This document shows, piece by piece, positions 39,097 to 50,952 of a DNA stretch of 64,000 nt. The first letter of the stretch is position 1, and each line of letters starts with the position of its first letter. Location of the stretch: NCBI GenBank assembly GCA_951406725.2, contig OX597815.1:135656001-135720000 (forward strand), in the 5' to 3' direction. The translations under genes and the position numbers were made by a program. The notes under the pieces are model-generated. The model saw only the letters and a program-made list of their open reading frames with translations, had not been told where the DNA came from and searched no databases. The DNA is from Octopus vulgaris (taxonomy: Eukaryota).

Positions 39097-40690
39097 GGTC
39101 ACTCTGTGTGCATATAATATTCTCATTTGTAGTTATTACATATTAGATTTTCAAGTTGAAATATATGGTATATAGATGAAACTATATACTATAAAATCTG
39201 TCTGCTAATAAAGACTATGGAATTACTCAATGGCATTAACAATTTTTTGAGTAAGTAATAAGAAATTTAATATATGGGATAAGTTTGATAAGTGTAAACA
39301 GAAAAAGGCACTACTTTGAATAAGTCGAGAGGCGAAATTTGAAGTTACAGTCAACTTGATCTTTACAATCTTTCTCACTCTCTTTCTTTCTCTCTCTCTC
39401 TCTCTCTCTCCCTCTCTCTCTTTCTCACATGCACACACATGCATACGCATTCATAGAATATTTGATCAGAAATATATATTTTTTTAGAATATAGGAGCTT
39501 TTTCTCAATATGCTGAAACGCGGCATTTAACGAGAAACTTGCAGTTTCATGCTCTCTCACTCAACTAAACTATTTCGACGATCTATGAAGCAATGCATAA
39601 TTTACAGTTATATGTATTTTCTGACATCAAAATATTTTGCTAATGTTTACCGAACGAAATATGTTAATGGATTGAGAGGAAAACCGAATTTCAAATTAAA
39701 AATTAATTAAAAATAAATAGATTTCTTTTTTTTTTCTGTACGATTGCGCACCTTTCTTTTACATGTTCTAGATTTGTTTGATATATTTATATTTACACAA
39801 ATATTATAACATACATATTGTATTTTTTGCAAACACTTTTATCATCAGAAATATTTGGCTTCGGTAAACACAGAAAAAAGAATTCAATTGTTGCTCAGTC
39901 TGTCGAAAATAGAAGCCAAAACTCTCACAAATCATATTCTTAAATAAAAGATGGGGGGGTATTTTTTCAGCTACAGCTGACTATAACGGGACTGTATAGC
40001 AAAGACAAAATTTACTTCAAACCAACGGTGCAAGATCGGTGCGCTGGTGTGAGGCCATTAGGATATACAAGCCAGTTTTCAAACCATGTCCTACTCTACT
40101 ATATCAGGGAAGAATTCATTAGAAAATGTAGTACTATATATGCAAACGGCGTAACGGTTGGTTTCTTCGGCACGCTATCGTTGATTCGAAGTTTCAATTT
40201 TCGAACAGGGCAGTGTTGCCTCAGTCCACTCAGCTGTAAAAGACTACCAGTCGCAGATAGGCAGCTATCGCAGCAGCAAACTAGTGTCTTACGTGTTTAG
40301 AGTATAGTCTTGTACTTTCAGACTATGCACCTAAGGGCTCGACACTAACTTTATAATATATATACATATGCACACACACACGCACACACGCACACACACT
40401 TATACACACACACACGTATATGTGCACACACACATACATATATATATACACACACACACATATATATATACACACACACATATATACACACATATATATA
40501 TACACACACACATATATATACACACATACACACACACACATATATATATATATAGAAGCGTATATACATATATATACACTCACATACACACATACACAAA
40601 TATATACATACACACACATTTATATACATACACACACACGCACATACTATTTTATTGAAGCCGAAAAAAGTATCTTCACGTAACTGGTCA

Positions 40691-40847
40691 AATAGTTGTA
40701 ATAATACAGAATAAAATAGTTTATAAAATGTGAGTATATGTAAGTGTTCATGGATACGAATTCAGAGAATAAACATTTAAAACTGATTGGGCTAATACTT
40801 TTAAAATAACGATGTACAGTGGGATAAAATGGAGACTGAACGTGACG

Positions 40848-40883
<36 letters not shown>

Positions 40884-41010
40884 CGTCACGTTCAGTCTCC
40901 ATTTTATCCACTGTACATCGTTATTTTAAAAGTATTACTCAGAAATGTTTATTCTCTGAATTCGACCATGAACACTACATATACTATATAAACTATATTC
41001 TGTATTATAC

Positions 41011-41056
<46 letters not shown>

Positions 41057-41240
41057 CGTCACGTTCAGTCTCCATTTTATCCCACTGTACATCGTTATTT
41101 TAAAAGTATTAGCCCAATCAGTTTTAAATGTTTATTCTCTGAATTCGTATCCATGAACACTTACATATACTCACATTTTATAAACTATTTTATTGGTCCA
41201 AATTTCAGAGTTAATTCATAAGAATTTTCTCCTCATCAGC
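40691..41240. repeat. Three copies (one +, two -) of a ~150-bp pLTR end separated by (TA)n
   Basis: Copies at 40691-40850 (+), 40881-41015 (-, deletion-riddled) and 41054-41193 (-). The last continues into a minus-strand CTGATGA...GAAA core at 41239-41203. Confidence 0.85.
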
Positions 41241-41779
41241 GATAAATACGTAAGACATAAATGAAATACCTACTCATACTCATGGAAAAAGCAAGCACTA
41301 AGTCCTGAGCAGACCTTAGTATATATCCAAATATATCCAAAATAGAAAATCTTCAGCACATCTCGAGACACGAGATATGCTGAAGATATATATATATATA
41401 TATAATCATTAATTGATTAATTGGCAGTAGCAAACCACGTGTTGAAGTGTAATTTACTGTTCCGTTAAGGTCGAATCAACAAAATATGAAAACAAAAGGA
41501 AGACACTATCTCATGAAAGATGAATATCATCTAATGTACACTGTATTATAGTAAGAGCAACTAATAGTTTCTTACCAGTGAGACTTATAAAAAGCTGACT
41601 AAAAGCGTGTCACAGTAGCAAGTGTACATTAAATATTTATCTTTCACGAGATGGAGTACCTTTATTGCTGATCTTACCTTAACGGAGCAATAGTAAACTA
41701 AATAAATAAATAGTTTAGAATACTAGCAGAGGACTATATGTATATTTGATTCGCCTAATAGTGGTTTTATCTCTAATTT

Positions 41780-41856
<77 letters not shown>

Positions 41857-41889
41857 TATATATATGTGTGTGTGTGTGTTGTGTGTATT

Positions 41890-42197
41890 ACAGAGATGTA
41901 CTTGCATAGTAAGTGACCTGATCTGAGATCGTGTACTGAAACAAAAACAATTGCAGCGTGGAAGCCATTTTAAAACACAAAAACCGATAGATTCACTTCA
42001 ACATTTAAATTTAATTTGTCAAAATATTTTCGTCGCTTTGAGAACGTGACCTGTTCACTGACAAAATTCCGTGCTGCATCTCAGATTTTGCCAATGAACA
42101 GGTCGCGGCGACGAAAATATTTTGACAAATTAAATTTAAATATTGAATCTAACTTTTTTTTTTTTTTAAATGACTTATAAGCACCTTCCACGCTGCA
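41890..42197. mobile_element. Inverted pair of Penelope-type pLTR ends, each with a variant hammerhead
   Basis: Arms 41952-42067 and 42085-42197 are reverse complements with indels. Confidence 0.8.
42015..42066 (-). ncRNA. Hammerhead-like fold with G3:C8 core (GUGAACA)
   Basis: Minus strand reads tttgtca GTGAACA g gtcac-gttctcaaa-gcgac GAAA atat TT tgacaaa: 7-bp stem I and palindromic stem III AATATT. Confidence 0.55.
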
Positions 42198-42200
42198 TAA

Positions 42201-42702
42201 GATGACGTCCCTTTGCAAATACTGACAGGGCACAGAAAGTGTGTCAATAGCCAGTTAGAGGAAGTGTCCTCTCGGTGCTACAAGCTACAGTAGCATTAAC
42301 CATTAAGGGCTAGCCCCATTTAGGTGGCAAATATACTTCACGATGTAGTACAGCTCCTGCTTATACCTCGCTCAGAGATTTATTATTGCTTGTTTCCACT
42401 TTTTCGAGATCAGTGACTTTTCGTCACTGGAAAAAGTATATACATGTTTGCATTGAGAACCACTTCCCATCGCCAACCGGTGGTTGTCACACGCTGATGA
42501 CGGGTCAGTACCCAGTAACTCGGGTCCGTGTGTATCACATCAAGCTGGCGATGGGAAAGGTGACTTCCCTTTGCAAATACTGATAAGGCATAGAAAGTGT
42601 GTCAATAACAAGCTGGAGGAGATGTCTTCTTGGGGCTACAAGCTACAGTAGCATTAACCCTTCTGGGTTAGTCACATTTAGGTGGCAAATATACTTCACG
42701 AT
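42201..42702 (+). mobile_element. 358-bp tandem repeat (~1.4 units) containing a type I hammerhead; retrozyme- or pLTR-like
   Basis: ctttgcaaatactga occurs at 42211 and 42569 (period 358), with ~140 bp duplicated. Hammerhead at 42488-42532. Confidence 0.75.
42488..42532 (+). ncRNA. Type I hammerhead ribozyme (this copy has GAAA changed to GTAA)
   Basis: cacacg CTGATGA c gggt-cagt-accc a GTAA ctcggg TC cgtgtg. The sister copy at 30507-30518 retains GAAA-cccggg-TC. Confidence 0.7.
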
Positions 42703-42704
42703 AT

Positions 42705-42900
42705 ATATATATATTTCTAAATAATTAATACGGAGTACAGAGCGTATTGGAAGTTTTATTTAGAACAACGATCGTTTCGGCTTACTTCTGCACTGCTCCC
42801 TAGTGAGTAGGGAACGATGTAAAGGAACAGAATGCACCACATAGTGCATAAGAAACCTCCTCAGATCACATAAAGCGGTTCAGTGTTATAAATTGTGCTC
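42705..42900 (-). mobile_element. Inverted pLTR-like segment with a long-stem-II hammerhead motif, 5' of a Penelope fragment
   Basis: Minus strand: CTGAGGA (42864-42858), stem II ggttt..tgcact/agtgca..aagcc, GAAA (42778-42775), palindrome ACGATCGT, then AATAAA and (TA)n. Confidence 0.6.
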
Positions 42901-42949
42901 TGCAGGCACACTACAAAGGACATTCCCAAGTTTTCGATACTATACCTTA

Positions 42950-44090
42950 AAGTCTCCTACCTAAACCTTCTCACAATGGGATTCTTAGAGAAAGAAATAT
43001 ATCAGAATCCACTGCGAAAATCTGGAGACCCTCTCGCTCAATACATTAAAGGGAATTGGAAGAGATAGCTTAACCAAACTCCTAGAACTTAAAACACGTC
43101 TGAACAGCATCCACACAAGTATTCAATTCACAATGGAATACAACCAGGAGGCAATTCCATTCCTAGACATTCTAATTAAAAAAACAAACAACAACAAAGT
43201 CGAAACAGACATATTTCATAAAGCAACAGATGCAAAACAATACCTTCTCTTTAGCTCTTGCCATTCCAGGCACACAAAAACAAACATCTCTTTCAACCTT
43301 GCAAGAAGAATCTGCACTATTGTCTCAGAGAATAAACTAGAGATTTAAGACTACTAGAACTGAAAAACGTCCTCCTGGATAGACTCTATCCAATCCAACT
43401 CATTAATGAAGGAATAAAACCTCCCAAATCTATCAACACCGAGACATTAAGAAAAACCAAAGACATTAACAAACCTCTCCTTAAAACACTACCCTACATT
43501 TCCACTTACAACCCCAGAAACAAAGAAGCATTCAGCACAATCATACAAAGCTTACCAATACTACACAAGGACCCAAAACTAAAAATAATTTTACGTGACA
43601 TTAAAATTGTCAAACAACCTAAGTCATTAAAGAAACTGTTAACTAATATAAAATTACCCCCACCCAACAAGCCCTAAAGTAAAAAAAATATTAATCCCCC
43701 CGACTGTGGTACATGCCCCAACCTTTTGGAAGGGTCAGAACACTATTTTAAACAAGGGAAATACTTTACAATTAAATCAAATTTTACTTGTGCATCCGAA
43801 AATCTGATCTACGTAATCAAATACTCAGGCTGCCAGAAAGACTATATCGGTAGCACGGGGAATTCTATCCGTCAACGCTGTACGGTACATCGTCAATATA
43901 TAGTCTCACCAAAATACCGTCAAATTTATCCCAGTGAACATATCGACATATGTACGAAACAAATACAACCTAAATTCAATTTTTTTCCCTCTATATAAAT
44001 TTGCTGACTGGACTTCTACACAAGCCCGACTCAATAAAGAAACCTATTTCATTCCAAAATGCAAAACCTGAACTGAACACCAATTCATTT
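42950..44090 (+). mobile_element. 5'-truncated Penelope-like element (RT C-terminus + GIY-YIG endonuclease), frameshifted
   Basis: LTMGFLEK, IQFTMEY..EAIPFLDILI, TDIFHKATDAKQYLLFSSCH, FNLARRICTIVS, FTCASENLIYVIKYSGCQKDYIGSTG..IRQRCTVHR. Confidence 0.9.
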
Positions 44091-44326
44091 AATTGTATTA
44101 CTAATTGTCACTTAATAACTTGACTCCTGGACACCCATTCATATTCAAACCTGAGTCATGAGAGGTCCGACATGACTCTTATGGAGAAAGTATTCATAAC
44201 TTGGTAATTGCTTTATCGTTCATTTTCTATTGGACTGATTTATTTTATTCAGTTATGGAATTTCATCATATACAAAAAAGTTTTATATATATGCCAACCA
44301 CAATTTTTAGCTATAAATTACTGTTC

Positions 44327-44388
<62 letters not shown>

Positions 44389-44781
44389 TACAAGAGAGAA
44401 AATGAGATGTTAGAGCATAGAATATATGCATGCACACTCATTCATACGTCACTGCTTAATTTTTAAAACTTAGTATGGCAATATAATTAACTGTATAAAA
44501 TGAAATGACTCCTGTAACTATATGCTTAACAAAAACACAGAGGAGCTTCATGAAAAAGTAAGATTTACTCCCCTTGACATATTGCTTCATCTCTGTTCAC
44601 TTTTTTCAAAGATGACGTCCTATTGACAGCAAAAAGTTTTCTCTATATAAGATGACAATCGTTTGATCGTGAAACCGGTACTTATTTAATTTGTAATGAT
44701 GTAATGATGTAATATGATCCTAATATTACCATACATTTTATTATACAAACTCTCTGTGACTCTTACATTTCTTTTCATTTA

Positions 44782-45270
44782 TATATATAATATAAATAAT
44801 ATATAAATATATGCATATGTACACACATATATGTACATACCTACATATATATGTATATATACATGCATATATGGGTAGAGGACATAAAAAAACCTTGAAA
44901 ATAACGAAAAACGAAAACATAAAAACAAAAACATAGAAACGAACTTTTTTCGAACAACGAAAAGAATATTCCCCTTCTTTAGTTGTCCCCGTTTCATCTA
45001 ACCCACGAAACAGGGACAACTGAAGAAGGGGAATATTCTTTATGTTGTATGTCTCGTTTCTCTGTTTGTTTGTTTTTTCGCTGTTCGAAAAAAAAAGTTA
45101 TTTTCCATGTTTTTGTTTTTATGTTTTCGCTTCTCATTATGTTCAACGTTTTTTTAATGTCCTGTACTAATATATGCATATATATATATATATATATATA
45201 TACATATTTATGTAGGTATGTACATATGTGTATGTATATATGCATATATTTATGTATTATTTATATTAGT
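44782..45270. repeat. Imperfect inverted repeat (arms ~215 and ~260 bp)
   Basis: 44782-44995 versus 45007-45270; for example aagaatattccccttctttagttgtccc pairs with gggacaactgaagaaggggaatattctt. Confidence 0.85.
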
Positions 45271-45669
45271 ATATGATCGAACGCCACGCATGCTTTTCCA
45301 AGTTAGTTTTATATATATATGTATACATATATATATATATATAGCACCCACCACTATTCTAATCTATTTATATATTATTCTCGCAATTACCATAATAAAA
45401 TTGCTCGTCTAGTTCTACTGGCTTATACCCATGAATATATATAAGTACTGGATTTTCCAGTTTGTTGTATGTTTCCACGCTCTCGTTGCTATCTGTCTCT
45501 GACCGTTGTCATCGTTCCCCAAATTATTTTGGATTCCGAAAGTATATAAAACAAGATGCAAAAATTGGTTTGCATATAAGGATACGAATAATCAAGAGGC
45601 AATTTTAACAGAGCGTATTACGTTTTGTCGAAAGGCTTTTGCAAATTATTGCAATGTAATACTTCTCTG

Positions 45670-45734
45670 ACAAGAACAAGAACAAAAACAAGAACAAGAA
45701 CAACAACAAGAACAAGAACAACAACAAGAACAAG

Positions 45735-45816
<82 letters not shown>
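45670..45816. repeat. (ACAAGA)n grading into (CAA)n
   Basis: Direct reading. Confidence 0.95.
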
Positions 45817-45824
45817 GTAATAAT

Positions 45825-46279
45825 AATCCTTTGTACTATAGACACAAGGCCTGAATTTCTTTTGTGGGCGAGGGGGATAGCAAATTATATCGACTCCAGT
45901 GCATAACTGGTGCTTATTTCATCGATTCCGAAAGGATGAAATGCAAAGTCGACCTCGGCAGAATTTGAGTTCATAAAATAAAGACAGACGAAATGCCGAT
46001 GAGGATTTTGTCCAGCGTGCCAACGATTCTGTCAGCTCGCTGCCATAATAATAATGATAATTACCCTTTCTACTGGAGGCACAAAGCCTCAAAATTCGTT
46101 GGGGGCGGGGACTAGTTAATTACATGAAACCCAGTGTTCCACCGGTACTTATTTTATCGACCCTGAAAGGATTAAAGACAAAATTGACCTCGGCGGAATT
46201 TGGACTCAGAACGTAAGACGGACGAAAAGCCACAAATATCTTTCCCAGCGTGCTAACGATTCTGAGAGCTCGCCGCCTT
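45825..46279 (-). mobile_element. Two tandem SINE family A copies
   Basis: Units at about 45825-46045 and 46062-46279; the second head abuts (TAA)n. Confidence 0.85.
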
Positions 46280-46300
46280 AATAATAATAATAATAATAAT

Positions 46301-46420
<120 letters not shown>

Positions 46421-46489
46421 AATTATAATTAATAATAATAACAGTAATAATGATAATAACCACAACAACAATAATAATAATAATAATAA

Positions 46490-47023
46490 TGCAGTGCCAG
46501 GCAGTGGCTCTCATGTCTTTTCATCTTAACTGATTGGAAGTGTTATCATGTACATTGTTTTGTCTTGGTATAAAAGATGGGCTACAGCAAATATTCTGCT
46601 CAATACCACAGATTTTCTTGTCAGTTGTTTGACCGTAACCAGTTGAGCATTTCCCTTAGTGGTTGACGATATGTGCATCTCTGATCATAAGCAGAAGTAG
46701 TGGGGGAGCAGCATAGCCATGTGTTGAGAGGAATTCTTTGGGGTTTGGATAATTAACCTCTGGAAACATGGGCGTTTCGTTCAACATCCTTAAACAACCC
46801 ATATTCAGGGATCTTCTGAGTAGGATGGGTTACTCGACCAGAAGAAAATTGTAACTGGGCCCCACCTGCAAGGTCATGTGCTGTTTATCTTGATATGAGA
46901 TCATTATGTCGCGCACATATGTTTGGGATGCATGTGCCTAGTGTATCCTTATTAGACGGGTGGTCTGGGCTTCGTATATTTTACCCCAGTGTCTCTTTGA
47001 TAACATGCACTGCTCTCTCACTT
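46490..47023 (+). mobile_element. ~555-bp TAA-flanked element, copy 4
   Basis: Lacks the first ~8 nt. (TAA)n lies on both sides, with ~320 bp on the right. Confidence 0.9.
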
Positions 47024-47039
47024 AATAATAATAATAATT

Positions 47040-47110
<71 letters not shown>

Positions 47111-47129
47111 TAATAATAATGATAATAAT

Positions 47130-47191
<62 letters not shown>

Positions 47192-47205
47192 TAATAATAA
47201 TAATG

Positions 47206-47266
<61 letters not shown>

Positions 47267-47268
47267 TG

Positions 47269-47331
<63 letters not shown>

Positions 47332-47639
47332 GTGATGATGATAAAATGATCGTATGTGTATGTTTTTTCTGCACTACATATGAATTTAGATTGAAACTGG
47401 TGGAATATGTGTCACAAAATTCTTAATTTAGATTAGTATAAATTTTGAATACATTTCAATAAAATAAAGTGAATGAAATGTGTGTGTGTGTGCATGCGTG
47501 TGTGTGTGTGTAATGCTCAGTTTATATCAATTGTTCAAGCCATATGCATTTTGCCCTAGGAAGCGAGGCCAACATGCACGGGAACAGATATTGCAGAAAC
47601 GAAAATATTCGTATGAGATGAAGGACAAAGATCTCAGCT

Positions 47640-48760
47640 ATCCTTAAAGAACAACTAAAGGACAGCCGAAAATTGCATTTAGAGATGATATTCCTAAATG
47701 TTGGTAACAAAATGAAAGAATTCCGAGAAAAGATTGAAAGAAACCAGAACTGTAGAAAATATAAAAATAAACCCTAAAGCTTTCTACAGATTTGCAAACA
47801 ATACATTGTTCCAAAGAAAAAGTTCATTGATCTCATATTCCGAAAGGGCTAGTGTAATACAGATAGGAGAAGTGAGAAGTGTTTAAACAAATAAGCCGGA
47901 TGAATTCGTTTACACTACTACACTAGAAAGAGGAATGCCTACCGTCGATTATAGAGAGGCAGTGGGGAAAGTATATTATCAGTTATAAATGAAATTAAAG
48001 CTTCTTTACATCTTAAAAGATGTAAAGAGGCTTTAGTGAAACCACTTCAGTTTCATTTCCAAAGCTTCTACGAAGATAACTTCTCCAAAAGTTAAAACAA
48101 GGCATCCATGATTACGCACAATGCTAAAAAGCAGGGCTGTCGTTCTGATTTCACATATCTGCAAAGGTGTCACAAAACGATTTATTCGAAGGAAAAGTAT
48201 CACATTCTTAGAGGGAAGGGACTTGCTAATTGTCATTCAACACGTGTTCCGTTCGGGAAGAAACTGTCTCATGTGGCTAATAACAAGCTTACGTGTAGTT
48301 GCTGAAATCATTTAAATTTGGGTGTAACGTTTCTCAATTTTGTGAAGGTCTCATTAAAGTTAATCACGAAATGATATGAAACAAATTGCCGAATATCAGC
48401 AGAGTTGAAAAACTAAAAAAAATGGCTGCATGACATTTTAAGGGATAAAAGACAGGTAATTACAGACAATAATGCTCTTTCAAAGGAAACGTTAATTGCA
48501 GGTGATGTCTCTCAAACATACCCCTCATCTATGTAATCAATTACTCTTACTAGATATGCTAATAATGCAAAAAATATCAAAGCCAGTCAAGAAAACCAAT
48601 GATTTCATTAACCTTTAAAAAGATTTAAATGCAAAATGCAAGCAAACTCAAGATAAGATGCATTTTTAATACCGGAAAATTTGAAGCACTTTGCGATCAG
48701 GACACACAAAATCAAGAGAGATTGCAATCTACAGACAATTGACGGTATATAGTGGATTTA
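47640..48760 (+). mobile_element. Decayed CR1/L2-group LINE ORF2 fragments
   Basis: VENIKINPKAFYRFAN (~47750), WLHDILRDKRQVI (~48425), YANNAK (decayed YADD, ~48555), then DLN...FN..KF. Confidence 0.55.
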
Positions 48761-50199
48761 GTCACAAATCAAGGATATTCTATCTGTACTGTTGGCTTCC
48801 TGCTAAACACAATTCTCACAGTCTTTTATATTTTGGTTTCTTAAATCTGCCCACTCCGTTTTACCTATGAAGTGCTCCCATCAACTCAGTCCATGCTATT
48901 ATGCTAGGTTATTGTATCATTATTACAATACGGGTAGGAAATAGAGTGCACTATTAAAATCCATGTGCACTTTCCAGTCATCAGAGCCATGTAACAATCT
49001 GGGTGTAGTCTTGCCTTTGTGAACCAGCCAAATCTCATTCCCAATGGCACATACAATAACAGTGACTCTTCAGCCACCGGTATCGCACATAGATCGCAGG
49101 CTTATTAAAAATTAGATGCTAGCAACAGAAGCTGTATTAACACCGAACGGCATTGTTTATAACCTACTTAACGTGGGTATATTATTAATACTGTGGTATT
49201 CGCCTTAAGATGTCTCCTCAAGCATACGGTGCTGAGAGCATGCACGCGCGCGCTCTGTTCTTATCTTAACAGGTTCAGCAAATTAAAATACTCAATATAT
49301 ATATATATATATATATAAGAGCGAAGAATGTTTAACAAATACATTACCACAGAAATTTGTTGACAGCAACATAGATACAGTATTTATGAAAACATGTTTG
49401 ATCAAGATGACTGACGCTACTTTCTCCATTATTCAGATGTGACCTCAGTTATATCTCTGTACTTCATGCTAACAACGGCCACTTTGAGGTATTATTAACG
49501 GTAACCTGAATAACTGACGCGCTAAGTTTAGTCAAATTGATTTCTTTCAGCAAATTCTTAGTCAAGTGTTATCGCCCTGAAACATCTACTTCTGACTTTA
49601 TGAGGATAGAGGCTTATATTCGGAGAATCGTGATACCTAACTGGCTGGTATCCGGAGTTTTAGATATGTAATATTTAACGGTTTCTAGTTTGTTATGGTT
49701 GCAATTAACTATATCCATTTCTCAACAAATATTTAAAATTTTTAGTCTTCTAATGAAGTGTCATTTATTATATCTGTGGAAGGAAATTTAAAGAAACGAG
49801 ATTTTGAATAAACAATTTACCCCTCTTACATATTTTATAATATGGATATTGTAGCTAATGAACCTGTGTCTTGGGAAAATACGTATGTATCCTGAACTCC
49901 CTTCCCAGGTGCATCTTTTTGGAACATAATAGATCATATGTAGTATTAATTAAATCATTATATGTTGCGTTATTAGACACTGCAGACGCACACAAATCAC
50001 GTCTAAATACACCGAATAAACTCGGCGTTATATAATATCCGGTTTTGAAGCGAATATCCATTATTGAAATCATGCAATAAAAAAAAAATAAAGGAGTCTT
50101 TCTGGTGTGCCATTGAACACAAACAGGAATTTTTTAAACACATCCACCTACAGTACTGGAAATATTCTTGAAAAACAGGGGTTGGGGCCAAGAAAAAGG

Positions 50200-50510
50200 A
50201 AAGCGTACTTTTGAGTTGCGCGTCATCTTGGGCAAATGTCTTCTACCATAGCTCTTGGCCGACCAATGCTAAATGATGAATTTGCTCAGCAGAGACTGTG
50301 CGGAAGCCCATCTTACAAGGATGAATGTGCTTATTCCCTACCACTGAAACCTGCGTTTTTTTTAAAGTTACCATAACTTAGCTGTTTGGAAAAAAGAAAC
50401 CTATAGAATTTGCTCGAAACTTAGAAGTTCTGGGGGTCAATTTGTTTGACTAAATGTTTCAAGGTGGTGCTTCAGCATAGCCGCAGTCCATATGCCTGAA
50501 ACAAGTAAAA
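50200..50510 (+). mobile_element. Degenerate SINE family B
   Basis: catcttgggcaaatgtcttctaccatagctcttggccgacca...ggtggtgcttcagcatagccgcagtc..tgaaacaagtaaaa. Confidence 0.7.
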
Positions 50511-50765
50511 AACAATATAATCAAAAGATGTAACCCATATATTAATTGTGCCCCTTATGAATCGGATCTTGTTAAATCCTCAAATTGAAATTAAACTATT
50601 TAAAAAGCATTTTGAAATTATAGCTCGGAAAGAAAATAATGCATGTTGTTGGTGTGATAGGAAGATAATACAATTTTAATAAGATTATGACGTTGGATAA
50701 ATGTAATAAAAATATGTGTACAGATACTGCTTCTTTGTATACATACACCTCCTACTCACATCGAG

Positions 50766-50819
<54 letters not shown>

Positions 50820-50821
<2 letters not shown>

Positions 50822-50886
50822 TTAAATATACTCACAAGGTTTCGTCGGTCCGAGGCTATAGTAGTAGAAGACACTTGCCCAAGGTG

Positions 50887-50892
<6 letters not shown>
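50820..50892 (-). mobile_element. Short SINE B fragment between (CA)n tracts
   Basis: Nearly identical to 15301-15374. Confidence 0.85.

Positions 50893-50952
<60 letters not shown>

Noticed and set aside
42218-42250. Second hammerhead in the 358-bp unit (ctgacagggcacagaaagtgtgtc)
   Set aside because: The core deviates and no stem I or credible stem II can form.
48004-48028. Short palindrome ctttacatct-taaa-agatgtaaag as a terminator
   Set aside because: Eukaryotic context, AT-rich, and no associated feature.
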